Position numbers and translations under genes: made by a program
Shown: in pieces, positions 9,828 to 19,608 of the stretch
Numbering within the stretch: the first letter of the stretch is position 1
How the letters are laid out: the number at the start of each line of letters is the position of its first letter
Source of the DNA: an uncultured delta proteobacterium
GTDB lineage: Bacteria; Desulfobacterota; Binatia; UBA9968
Length of the DNA: 64,000 bases
Assembly (NCBI GenBank): GCA_963727625.1
Contig: CAVSHR010000005.1
Span: 960,001 to 1,024,000 of the forward strand
Direction: 5' to 3'
Notes under the pieces: generated by a model
Database searches by the model: none
Told to the model about the DNA's origin: nothing
Seen by the model: only the letters and a program-made list of their open reading frames with translations

Positions 9828-10950
9828 TATAAATCGCGGCGGTAAAGTGTACCACTGAACCGGCTTTGACTTGGCAGGCGATGGCGGGTCAAAAGTGTAC
9901 CGGTCCTGCTAAGCTGTCTCGATGTCTATGGATGGCATTGGGAGGCAGGAAGGATGTTCACAGTGGAACTTTATGCAAGGATCAGGCGCGCCGTGATGGT
10001 GGAGGGTCTGAGCCGACGCGAGGCGGCCAAGCAGTTTGGCGTGCATCGCAACACGATCACGAAGATGCTTGAGTTTTCGATACCACCCGGCTACCGGCGG
10101 CGCGAACGGCCAGTTTCGAAGAAGCTCGGTCCGTATCGGGCGCGGATCGATCGCAAGCGAAAGAACAAGGGCTCGAACGACGATTGGACTCATCCCCATG
10201 ACCCCGACGCCAAGATCACCAAGATGAAGGACGGACGCACGCACTTGGCGCACAAGGCCGAGCACGCGGTCGACCTGGAGACCGGCGCGGTAGTGGCCGT
10301 CACCGTGCAAGGCGCCGATCAAGGGGACACCACCACGAGTGTCGAGACGTTGATTGAGGCCGCCGAGCAGATCGAGACGGTCGTCCCTGACAGCGACGGG
10401 CCGAAAGAGGCCGTTGCAGACAAGGGGTACCATAGCAACCAAGCGCTCGTGGACCTCGAAGCGGTGGGCGTGCGCAGCTACATCTCGGAGCCCGATCGGG
10501 GGCGACGACAGTGGAAGGATAACCCCGAGGCGCGCGACGCTGTTTATCGCAACCGTCGTCGGATTGGGGGCGCGCGTGGCAAGCGCCTGATGCGTCAGCG
10601 GGGAGAACTCCTCGAACGACCGTTTGCCCATCTGTACGAAACCGGAGGGATGCGGCGGGTGCGCCTGCGCGGTCATCAGAACATCCTCAAGCGCGTCCTG
10701 CTACATGCTGGGGGGGTAAATCTCGGGTTGTTGATGCGCACGCTGTTCGGTGTGGGCACGCCGCGGGGTCTGCAGGGCCGCGTGGCCGCGTTTTTATTAG
10801 CTCTGTGGTCTTTCGTAAACCCCTCAGAGATATTCTGGGTAAGGCTTACACGCCTTTATCGACTCGCAACCTCGAATGTAGACTTGCACGAGTGCCGCAA
10901 AGAATATCCCATCAGATTCGCTTTATGATCTCTTTTGCCACGGGCTGCTA
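9828..10950 (+). mobile_element. Hybrid IS remnant: IS21-like left end, IS1182/IS5-like right end
   Basis: Imperfect repeats GGCGGTAAAGTGTACC and GGCGGGTCAAAAGTGTACC at about 9838-9901; right end TTTTGCCACGGGCTG-CTAG at about 10933-10951. Confidence 0.65.
9954..10928 (+). CDS. Chimeric transposase (IstA N-terminal HTH fused to IS1182/IS5-type DDE C-terminal part)
   Basis: Residues 1 to about 62 (MFTVELYARIRRAVMVEGLSRREAAKQFGVHRNT) are IstA-like; the remainder has HDPDAKITKMKDGRTHLAHK, ADKGY and R.ELLERPFAHL. Confidence 0.8.
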   Translation: MFTVELYARIRRAVMVEGLSRREAAKQFGVHRNTITKMLEFSIPPGYRRRERPVSKKLGPYRARIDRKRKNKGSNDDWTHPHDPDAKITKMKDGRTHLAHKAEHAVDLETGAVVAVTVQGADQGDTTTSVETLIEAAEQIETVVPDSDGPKEAVADKGYHSNQALVDLEAVGVRSYISEPDRGRRQWKDNPEARDAVYRNRRRIGGARGKRLMRQRGELLERPFAHLYETGGMRRVRLRGHQNILKRVLLHAGGVNLGLLMRTLFGVGTPRGLQGRVAAFLLALWSFVNPSEIFWVRLTRLYRLATSNVDLHECRKEYPIRFAL

Positions 10951-11212
10951 GGGTCGATTTTCTGTTGTCAATCCTCGGGCTGGCAACGTATCCCGGGCAA
11001 GCAGAGTCAGTGTCATCGACAATTTGAATTTTCTCGAGTAAAAAATTCTTAATTTCACGCGTCGCGAGATCCTCTGCCTTTAACATTTTACCCGAGATGA
11101 GAATCGGAAGGATCGACCGCTTTGTCCCTGGCTGACTACCGCCATAATAAAGAATAGTGATCGATTCATTCTTTCCTGCTGCTTCAGTTATGCAATCCCG
11201 GATATTTTTCAT
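10856..11212 (-). pseudogene. WYL-like domain protein truncated by the IS end
   Basis: ITILYYGGSQPGTKRSILP...LKAED...KNFLLEKI resembles a WYL fold; the last ~30 codons read into IS sequence beyond 10951. Confidence 0.5.
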
Positions 11213-11470
11213 TTCGTCGCTTTCCCAAGCAGATTGGAATTAAAAAGCCAAATTTCTTTGGCCTTTATTTTCCGATTTTCTAGCGACTGGTCTCTCGCCA
11301 AAAAAAAGCAGACTTGGCCCGCTTAACTTTGTCGCGCTCATCACGAGCGCTACGTCCGTAACCTATAGAACAACCTGCCTTTAATCGTCGCTCATGATCT
11401 GAGCGATTAGAGTGATCCTCTGAAAACCCAATACTCCACCATTCCAGTACTTCAATCCACTGATATTCCG

Positions 11471-11863
11471 TCACTCCGACTCTTTGGCTTTTTTGTACCG
11501 CGCCTTGGGGACGATCTCGGCCACCGTTCCGCCGGGCGCGCGGAACTTGATGGGAACCACACCGGGGTCGCTGATGATCTCGCAGCCGAAGCGTTGCAGG
11601 TCGGCTGCCGACTTCGTCATGTCGTCGACCTCGATGGCAAAGTGATGGATGCACGGCCCCATACCCGAGGCACGCGATTCGGCCGATTCCTCGCTGTTGT
11701 ATTTGATCAACGCCAGGTCGATGGCGCCGTCAGTCAGGTGGCGCGAGGTATGGTCCCTAACCTGACCGGTTTCGACCTCGACGAATCCGAAACCCTTATG
11801 GTAAAACTCCGTCGCCTTTTCCAGATCGTCGACCTTGAGCGCAATATGAACGATGCGCGACAT
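11471..11863 (-). CDS. VOC/glyoxalase family protein
   Basis: IVHIALKVDDLEKATEFY, IHHFAIEVDD, APGGTVAE. Confidence 0.88.
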   Translation of the reverse strand: MSRIVHIALKVDDLEKATEFYHKGFGFVEVETGQVRDHTSRHLTDGAIDLALIKYNSEESAESRASGMGPCIHHFAIEVDDMTKSAADLQRFGCEIISDPGVVPIKFRAPGGTVAEIVPKARYKKAKESE

Positions 11864-12506
11864 AATCCCTCCCCATCAGCAGACTAGCTTTAACATAGTC
11901 GCGAGAAACGATTCAACTCGGCCGCGCTGGAGCTATCCGCCGCTAACCCAACTTGGCCAATCTATCGGCCGCGGCCGCAAGCGTCTCGTCCTTCTTGCAG
12001 ACCGCGAAGCGCGCGAAATGCTTGCCGAGCTGTTTGTCCGATTTCCGATAGAATGGGCTGGCGGGAATACAGGCGACGCCGACTTGGCTGATCAGCCATC
12101 GGGCGAATTGAAAATCGTCTTGAACATGCGCCGGCGCGGCGCCGCGCCAGTCGATCATAACGAAATAACTGCCGCTCGGTTTGAAAACCTTGAAACCGGC
12201 GTTTCGTAAAATATTCACCATGCGGTCGCGTCTAGCTTGGTAATCGCTCTGCAATTGCTCAAAAAATGAAAATGGCAGCTTCAGCGCCGTAGCGGCGGCG
12301 GGCCTGCAGCGGCGAAGCTACCGCATAGGTAATAAACTGATGCGCCTGGTTGGCTGCGTTCACCAGCGCGGCGGGACCGCCAGCCCAACCGATTTTCCAG
12401 CCGGTGACGCTGAAGGTCTTGCCCAGGGAACTGATCGTCAGCGTGCGATCCGCCATACCGGGCAGCGTAGCCAGGCGCGTGTGGCTCGCATCGTCGTATA
12501 GTATAT

Positions 12507-14344
12507 GATTCTGCTGAAAAACCCGTCAATTTGAATTGCGACCGCCGTTAGCAAACGCTGTCGATCCCCAAATGGTGTTACGACAAAAAAATTTTCACCT
12601 GCAACGCTGCCATAGCCAGTAAAATGAACGGCCCCGAGCCCTTAAGCCGGGCTCAGAACCGGCGTTCTCATCTGGAATGCGAGCAGATTTAGGTATCGTT
12701 TCACATTGCACGCGGCGCCCATGAAATAGTGCGATAGACCGACCCGGCTTAAGCCTCGATATTTCGTCCGTCTCATCGCGTGCCCACGCACCAACTCGCT
12801 GTGAGTCCCTTCGATGCCGTTTCGCGGATGCATGCTCTTTGAGAACCCACTCTGTTTCATTTCTCTGCGCCGCTGCTCCACCAGATCGTGGCGCACCCCG
12901 ACGACTAAAGTTCTCCGGCCGTTCTTGGAATGCGTACACTGCTTTTGTACAGGACAGCTATCGCATTGACTGGCCCACTCGATGCGGTAGTACTCGGTTC
13001 CCTGGTAATTATCTTTGATGCGGCTACATTGACTGCTTAAGTTACCCTGGGGACAAACCGCCTGACGCTTCTCGACATCAACATGGAATGCATCGCTATT
13101 GTACGCTCCCTTGTACGGGTCGGGACGCGTCGGCCCTAATAACTCGATGCCGTTTTGTTCCGCTTGCGTTAAGGTGTGCTCGGTGACGTAACCGGCATCG
13201 CTGTACATCGCCTGGGGTGTAATCTCATGGTGCTGTTGTTCTGTTTTAAGCACCTCGGTTAAGCCGGCCATCTCGTCTTGGGCCGCTTCAGTAGTGAATA
13301 TCTCGGTAATGAAATGCTCGGCGGGCTCGCCTTTTTTCTTGATCGGTTGTTGGGGATCGACCGTCTCAGCCACGTGCACTTTGTAGCCGATCCATTGCTT
13401 AGTCTTCTTATCGGCATAATGGGCATCGGGATCATGGGGGTTCTGTACCGCGCGAGAAGGCCGCTGGGTGGCCAGTTCAAGCTTTCCCTCGACCACTGCG
13501 AACTGCTCGTCAAAGACTCGCCGCAACAGTTTCACCGCCTCACGTTCAGCGAGCTGGGGATTCTCTGTATCGATCCACTCCAGCAGCTCTGTGATGTCCT
13601 GCCCACATTGCCGATGGCGGTTGGCTTGCTCGGTTTTGCTTAACCGCCAATCCAGATGGCTCTCGACATAAAACTCCCACAGTCGGTCCCAAAACTCTGG
13701 GCGCTTTTTCATTCCTGCTTCATATTCCAAATCTTCCAACCCCAAACGCAGCGTCTCCAGCGCGCATTCCATCCAGCTCATCGCTTTGACGTATCCCACG
13801 ATATGGGTGCTATCGAGCCGCTGCTTGCCCTTGCGCTTTACCAACCCCAGCTCGATCAATAAATCCACCACCCCGTCAAAAATCAGCCGCTCGGCTGTTT
13901 TCTCCTCCAACCGATTGCGAAAATAAACCAACACCGTGGCATGAAACCCGCCGTAGTCCAGTTCCAAATCCAGCGCGTACTTCCAACCCAGATGATAGAC
14001 AACATGCTCGCTGGCGCCCCGGTCCGCCACTTTCTCCATAAACTGGAGAAGCGTCACCCCGCAAAGTAGCACCGGATCGATCGGCGGCCGGCCGTTCTCG
14101 GCGCAGTAAAGCGCTTCCAGCTTAGGCGCAAGCTCCAAAAGCTTGGGCCAAATCTTTTCCCGAAACAGCCGGTAGCGGTTGGCCGGACCGAACAGATTTC
14201 CAGCAAGATAGTCGGTGTGATAAAAGCTTCTCTGTGCATCGATCGGTTTCACGCTCATGGAAAAACCTTGAGGCCCACTCCGTCCATTGTCAACATTTAT
14301 TCTATTAATATGACGAAATACCAAGAGGGTTTTTCAGCAGAATC
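12507..14344 (-). mobile_element. IS1182-family insertion sequence, 1838 bp
   Basis: Perfect 18-bp inverted repeats GATTCTGCTGAAAAACCC (12507-12524 and 14327-14344); flanking direct repeat GTATAT (12501-12506, 14345-14350). Confidence 0.95.
12642..14324 (-). CDS. IS1182-family transposase (real start probably MSVKPID near 14258)
   Basis: NGRPPIDP, RLDSTH, PHDPDAHY, WIGYKVH, SDAGY, CPQG...CDSCP..C, RNGIEGT.SEL. Confidence 0.93.
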   Translation of the reverse strand: MVFRHINRINVDNGRSGPQGFSMSVKPIDAQRSFYHTDYLAGNLFGPANRYRLFREKIWPKLLELAPKLEALYCAENGRPPIDPVLLCGVTLLQFMEKVADRGASEHVVYHLGWKYALDLELDYGGFHATVLVYFRNRLEEKTAERLIFDGVVDLLIELGLVKRKGKQRLDSTHIVGYVKAMSWMECALETLRLGLEDLEYEAGMKKRPEFWDRLWEFYVESHLDWRLSKTEQANRHRQCGQDITELLEWIDTENPQLAEREAVKLLRRVFDEQFAVVEGKLELATQRPSRAVQNPHDPDAHYADKKTKQWIGYKVHVAETVDPQQPIKKKGEPAEHFITEIFTTEAAQDEMAGLTEVLKTEQQHHEITPQAMYSDAGYVTEHTLTQAEQNGIELLGPTRPDPYKGAYNSDAFHVDVEKRQAVCPQGNLSSQCSRIKDNYQGTEYYRIEWASQCDSCPVQKQCTHSKNGRRTLVVGVRHDLVEQRRREMKQSGFSKSMHPRNGIEGTHSELVRGHAMRRTKYRGLSRVGLSHYFMGAACNVKRYLNLLAFQMRTPVLSPA

Positions 14345-14773
14345 GTATATGTTCGTAGACCTCATCGGTCACTGCGATGACATCGTGCTTCGCGCAAAGC
14401 TCGGCGATGATTGGTAGTTCCTCACGGGAAAAAACTTTGCCGGTGGGATTGTGCGGCGTGTTGATGAGAATTACGCGGGTGCGACGATTGAAAGCGCGCG
14501 CCAGCTCGTCGGGGTCGAACGTCCACTGATCGCCGCGCAACGGCACATAGCGCGGGACAACGCCGGCCATGAGCAAATTCGGCACGTAGGTGTCGTAGAC
14601 CGGCTCGAAGACGATCGCTTCATCGCCCGGACCGGCGAGCCCAAGAACCGCCGCGAAAACCGCTTCGGTCGCGCCGGCGGTCACCAGCACCTCGGCCGGC
14701 AGAGCCATGCCTAAATTCTAGGCTGGACATTTACACGCTCTTTCAATATCAAAGGCTGGAGGGAGACAAAATC

Positions 14774-16270
14774 ATGGCTCAATCGACTGATTTCAACGTT
14801 GTCGAAGCGACCATCGACGACATCCACAGCGCTTACAAATCGGGCCGGCTCACTTGCCGGAAAGTAGTGCAAATGTATCTCGATCGCATCGAGGCCTTCG
14901 ACAAAAAGGGGCCGGCGATCACTGCGATCATCACCGTCAACCCCGAGGCGCTCCAAGATGCCGATCGTCTCGATGCCGCAGACAAATCGTCCGGACCGGT
15001 CGGACCGCTGCACGGCATCCCGGTGATCGTCAAGGATCAGGCCGATGTCAAAGGCATGCCGACCACGCTGGGTTCGCTGCTGTTTAAAGATTATTTCCCC
15101 GACCGCGACTGCTTTGTGGCGGAAAAATTGCGCAAAGCCGGCGCGATCCTTTTGGGCAAGGCGACCCTCGGCGAGCTAGGCGGCGGCGACACCCATGGTT
15201 CGCTGTTCGGTTCGACGCGCAATCCCTACGACACTGCGCGCACGGTCGGCGGGTCGTCCGGCGGCTCCGCGGCGTCGGTATCGGCGAATTTCTCGACCGT
15301 TGCCGTCGGCCAGGAAGGTTTGGCGTCGATCCGCCGTCCATCGACGTGGAACTGCATCACCGGCATGCGTCCCTCCGCCGGTCTTGTCAGCCGCAGCGGC
15401 GTCTATGGCTGCTGGCCGGAAATTTTCGGCTCTTTGGGCCCGATGGCGCGCACCGTCAAAGATCTATCCACGTTGCTCGATGCCATGGTTGGCTACGACC
15501 CGGAAGACCCGATCACCGCGCGCGGCGTCGGCCAGGTTCCGGATAGTTTCACAAAATTCTTGGACAAAGACGGCCTCAAAGGCGCACGCATCGGGATCCT
15601 GCGCGAGGCCATCGGTCTTAATTCCGAACCCGATTCGGAAGACTTCAAAAAAATTACCGAAGTGTTTGGCCGAGCCGTCGAGGAGCTAAAAAGCGCCGGC
15701 GCCGAAATCGTCGATCCGATCGTGATTCCGAAGATCAAAGAGCTGCTCGCCAAGCGCTCAGGCGGGCCGGGGGATACCGGGCAGTCCTTCAAGAATTATT
15801 TCGGACGCAGCGCCAATCCGCCGTTCAAAACACCGCAGGAAGTCGTCGCCGCGCCCGACTTCGCCAAAGTGGTCAAACATTCCCAGGATCGCTTCAAGAG
15901 AAATCCCGATGCGGCAAAGCACTACGAGAGCCTGCGCGCGCAGGATGAGCTGATGACCAATTTCTTAAAGGTGATGGCCGATCACAGGCTCGACGCCATC
16001 GTGCACAAAGCCGTGGAGCACCAGCCGACGCTCATCAGAGACGGCATCGCTCCGCCCTTCGTCGATCAAAAGGGCGCACCGCACTTAAACACCTTTCTGG
16101 TCTACACGCCGACCATCGTCGTGCCGGCCGGTTTCACCCGCGACAATTTACCGGCGGGAGTTTGCTTCATCGGCCGTCCCTATGACGACGGCCAATTGAT
16201 CAAGTTTGCGTACGCCTACGAACAGGCCACGCATCATCGCCGGCCGCCTGCGAGCACGACGGCGCTGTGA
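14774..16270 (+). CDS. Amidase signature family protein
   Basis: LHGIPVIVKD, GGSSGGS, ASIRRP (Lys-Ser-Ser triad present). Confidence 0.93.
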   Translation: MAQSTDFNVVEATIDDIHSAYKSGRLTCRKVVQMYLDRIEAFDKKGPAITAIITVNPEALQDADRLDAADKSSGPVGPLHGIPVIVKDQADVKGMPTTLGSLLFKDYFPDRDCFVAEKLRKAGAILLGKATLGELGGGDTHGSLFGSTRNPYDTARTVGGSSGGSAASVSANFSTVAVGQEGLASIRRPSTWNCITGMRPSAGLVSRSGVYGCWPEIFGSLGPMARTVKDLSTLLDAMVGYDPEDPITARGVGQVPDSFTKFLDKDGLKGARIGILREAIGLNSEPDSEDFKKITEVFGRAVEELKSAGAEIVDPIVIPKIKELLAKRSGGPGDTGQSFKNYFGRSANPPFKTPQEVVAAPDFAKVVKHSQDRFKRNPDAAKHYESLRAQDELMTNFLKVMADHRLDAIVHKAVEHQPTLIRDGIAPPFVDQKGAPHLNTFLVYTPTIVVPAGFTRDNLPAGVCFIGRPYDDGQLIKFAYAYEQATHHRRPPASTTAL

Positions 16271-16425
16271 GCGCGGCCAGCCAACGGTCGGCGACAAGAT
16301 TAACAGCGATAATTTTCGCTCTGGAGTTTGCCGGAGCGGGAAGTTTTTTTGGCGGCGTGCGAATTTCTCTGGAACTTGAATGAACTAAACCGACAGTGGG
16401 TCCAAACTTTTTGGACGCTGGCAGA

Positions 16426-17067
16426 TTAATGGATCGCTTGCGGGATGTTGAACCTTACATGATAACGGATGCCGATGTGGTCGATGCCTTCGTTTTCGCC
16501 GGGCAGAATACCTTTGTGCGACATATGATCGTAAAACAGCGATAGCCCCTGATTGCCCCGAAAGTAGGTTCCCAACTCGATGTTCAAGCGCGGCAACACG
16601 CGGTAGCCGAAACCGCAATCGCTGTCCTCGCGGCAGCCGACTTTGTCTTTGTGCAGCGGTCCGTTGTGCAGCGCCGCGCTCACGCCTCCCGAGAGAAAAA
16701 GATTTTTGGTTAAATTTCGCGTCAACCGGTCGGTGAGCCGGTTCGATAGACTCAATTCATAGTTCAGGCCGGCGTAAAACGCGCTGGTGTCGCCGTTGAA
16801 GTTTGGCGTCATACCCGCCATCGGCGCGGGTGAGCCGATCCATTTCCAATATTTCCAGTCGGGCGCCTTGAGTTGAATCTCCCAATTCGGATCGACGCCG
16901 CTTTCATGGCGGTCACTGCCCGGACCGCGATCGTGCAGAAACAAACCGAAGACCAGCTTGTGAATTGACGGCAAAGGCGAAGAGTCGGCCCCGCGCGCCC
17001 GCGCCAAAGGCGCGCCCATTACAAACAACAACAGCGAACAGATCACCACGGTTTTTTTCATCGCCAT
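16426..17067 (-). CDS. PagL/LpxR-like outer-membrane acyloxyacyl hydrolase (lipid A deacylase-like)
   Basis: Signal peptide, amphipathic beta strands, C-terminal DHMSH...NEGIDHIG resembling HxS..NxG. Confidence 0.65.
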   Translation of the reverse strand: MAMKKTVVICSLLLFVMGAPLARARGADSSPLPSIHKLVFGLFLHDRGPGSDRHESGVDPNWEIQLKAPDWKYWKWIGSPAPMAGMTPNFNGDTSAFYAGLNYELSLSNRLTDRLTRNLTKNLFLSGGVSAALHNGPLHKDKVGCREDSDCGFGYRVLPRLNIELGTYFRGNQGLSLFYDHMSHKGILPGENEGIDHIGIRYHVRFNIPQAIH

Positions 17068-17345
17068 CTCGTCGATAAATTACTAGAAACTTTATCTGCC
17101 CAAGTCAACGTCGGGCGATTTTTTGCGGGGAATTCAGTTGGCGGAATTTGCACCAAGCCCGGCGCCGGTTTCCCGCCGATCGGCGGTCGGTCATCGCCGG
17201 GATTCGACGGGGAACAAGATCGACCGGCCTCGTCAGCACCCGGTGCACTTTGATCGGGTCAAATTTTTCGAGGCAACCGCAGTGTGCCCATGTGAGGGGG
17301 AGGACTTCAATCCCTGTGATTGCGCTTCACGCTACGAAAAAGGCT

Positions 17346-18419
17346 TCAGAGCGGCGGCGCCTTGACGACAGTCGAGGAATCGATGCTGGCGATCGTCGGC
17401 CGGCCGCACTTGGCCATGGTGATTTCGATTTCTTCGCGCAGGATATGCATCACGCGCGAGACCCCTTGCTCGCCGGCGTACGCTAAACCCCAAAACAGCG
17501 GCCGGCCGATGAAAACCGCTTTCGCTCCCAGCGCGATCGCCTTGACCACGTCGGCGCCGCGCCGGATACCGCCGTCGAGATAAACTTCCAGTTTCCCCGC
17601 GGCGGCGTTCACCGCTTCACTTAGCACTTCGACGGTACCTAGCGTGTTGTCGAGATGTCGGCCGCCATGGTTGGAAACGATCACACCATCGGCACCGACT
17701 TCGGCGCACAGCGCCACGTCTTCGCCGGCCATGATGCCTTTGGCGACCACTGGCAGCCCGCCGATCGATTTGATCCATTCCAGATCTTTCCACGTTGCCG
17801 CCGGATCGCCACCGCCGGGATGGGCGCCACGCGGCGATCGCGGCCGGTCTTTGGAAAAATTGGTGCCGCGCCGATTCTCATATTGGTTGCGAATATTGCG
17901 CTCGCGCTTAGCCGGCCACTGGGAATCCAAGGTCACGCACACCGCTTCGTAACCGTCTCGCTTGGCACGCGCCAGCCACTCTTTGGTCATTTCACGGTCG
18001 CGGAACGGATAAAGCTGCAGCCAGAGCCGCCCGTTCGCTGCCTGGCTCAATTCTGTGAAGTCGGCGCTGGCATTCGCGCTCACGGCAAAAATCGAACCGC
18101 ATGCCGACGCGGCGCGAAAGGTCGCGAACTCACCTTCGGGGTGCGCTTTCTTGTGGCCGCCGCAGGGCGCGATCAAAACCGGGAAATCGACTTTGGCGCC
18201 CAATACCGTAGTCGATAGATCGAGCCCGCTCACATCGCGCAGCACGCGCGGGCGCAGCGCCCAGGAGGCATAGGCACGCCGGTTGCGATCGACGCTGATC
18301 TCATCGGTGGCGCCGCCGGCGATGTAATCGTATTCTTCCTTCGGCAACCGCTCACGGGCGATATCCTCGAAGTCAAAAAGATTGATCGGTTGAGGATTTG
18401 TGGTCATCGATTCCCCCAT
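17346..18419 (-). CDS. FMN-dependent alpha-hydroxy acid oxidase/dehydrogenase
   Basis: YDYIAGGA, WLQLY, SNHGGR.LD, DGGIRRG.DVVKA.ALGA. Confidence 0.95.
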   Translation of the reverse strand: MGESMTTNPQPINLFDFEDIARERLPKEEYDYIAGGATDEISVDRNRRAYASWALRPRVLRDVSGLDLSTTVLGAKVDFPVLIAPCGGHKKAHPEGEFATFRAASACGSIFAVSANASADFTELSQAANGRLWLQLYPFRDREMTKEWLARAKRDGYEAVCVTLDSQWPAKRERNIRNQYENRRGTNFSKDRPRSPRGAHPGGGDPAATWKDLEWIKSIGGLPVVAKGIMAGEDVALCAEVGADGVIVSNHGGRHLDNTLGTVEVLSEAVNAAAGKLEVYLDGGIRRGADVVKAIALGAKAVFIGRPLFWGLAYAGEQGVSRVMHILREEIEITMAKCGRPTIASIDSSTVVKAPPL

Positions 18420-18505
18420 AAAGAATGCTTCGCCACGTTCAAAATCTAAATCCAGCGGATCGTTGTTTCATATCACCCGTTCTTCGCAGATCGCGTGGCG
18501 TTGTG

Positions 18506-19483
18506 TCAACGCCTCGCTGCCTGCTTCCTGACATCGCTAGCGACGGCCGCGCAGCTAGCTGTGCCGCGATCATGAAAACTCTGGCCGGCCACCGGGACGA
18601 ATTCCCATTCGTAGCGATCCGGATGAAGCGTCAGCTTGAGCACACCGTGAGCCACCGTGTTGCGTACTTCACTGTTGGCTTTGACTTTGCCGATCGAGTA
18701 GAGCCGGGCCCCGCCGGTGCCGACGATAAATTGCCGCACGCCGTGCAAGTCGCTTTCGCCCTTCGGATCCTGCGGCGCAAAGCGCTCGTAAATATGATCG
18801 TGCCCGGAGATCAGCAAGCTCACGCCGCGCGCAAAAAGAATTTTGTACAGGGCGTTCATGTAGGCATGGTCACCGTATTTGTTTCCTGAGCTGAAGCGTG
18901 GGTGGTGCCAATAAGCCGCGACGCAATGGGATCGGTTGGCTTGCAAGTCGGCGCGCAGCCAATCCTCCTGCGCGGCTCCCCAGCTCTTGGCGTTGCGGTT
19001 ACTATTGAGGGACACCACATGCCATGCGCCAAGGTCATAGCTATAATAGCCGCGGCCGGCGGGGCCGGCATTGTCGCCGAAATATTTGAAATAGGGCGCG
19101 GCTTGGGGAGACTCATAGTCGTGATTGCCCGGCGCGGGGCGGGTGCGAGATCGATGACGCCCCCAGGTCAGACCGTAGCACTCGACGAATTCTTGCGCCG
19201 TCCCATGCGAGTAAGCGTTATCTCCGGCGGTAAAAACCGTGCCGGGAATCTTGTCAAGCAAGCGCGCGGTAAGCTCGCTTTGGCGCTCGTCGCAGTTGGC
19301 AATATCTGCGGCGCCGACCAACACCGCATCGCCGGATCGGCTCTCGGCAAAAGAAATTGACCGGATATCGCCAACGGATATACACCAAAGGCAAAGAATC
19401 AAAATCTCCGCAAAGCGTCGTTGCATCCTGCTTTTCCGCTGACTCAAGTATCCCGACGGTTCGAAAATTAAGGCATCGCGCAA
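18506..19483 (-). CDS. Secreted metallophosphoesterase (calcineurin-like)
   Basis: GDNAY, PGNHDY, WHHP, SGHDH.YER motifs; start probably MQRRFAE. Confidence 0.9.
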   Translation of the reverse strand: MRDALIFEPSGYLSQRKSRMQRRFAEILILCLWCISVGDIRSISFAESRSGDAVLVGAADIANCDERQSELTARLLDKIPGTVFTAGDNAYSHGTAQEFVECYGLTWGRHRSRTRPAPGNHDYESPQAAPYFKYFGDNAGPAGRGYYSYDLGAWHVVSLNSNRNAKSWGAAQEDWLRADLQANRSHCVAAYWHHPRFSSGNKYGDHAYMNALYKILFARGVSLLISGHDHIYERFAPQDPKGESDLHGVRQFIVGTGGARLYSIGKVKANSEVRNTVAHGVLKLTLHPDRYEWEFVPVAGQSFHDRGTASCAAVASDVRKQAARR

Positions 19484-19608
19484 TCTTATCGTGACCCGCA
19501 GGTGCTCGCTGGCCGCAGCGAGTTGTCGACATGGGTCAAAAGTGACTGGCGGGGCGCGCGCTGGGTTGGGCGTCGAAATCCGATTGTTTTATCTCTCGAT
19601 AGTCAAAG

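Larger units (their letters stand above)
11943..14708 (-). pseudogene. PLP class I/II aminotransferase (YbdL/kynurenine aminotransferase-like), IS-interrupted, frameshifted and N-terminally truncated
   Basis: Removing the IS joins NTPHNPTGKV...TDEVYEHI to LYDDASH...SSLGKTFSVTGWKIGW; extra base near 12300; C-terminus ARFAVCKKDETL; ORF starts at EVLVTAGATEA and lacks the usual N-terminus. Confidence 0.88.
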
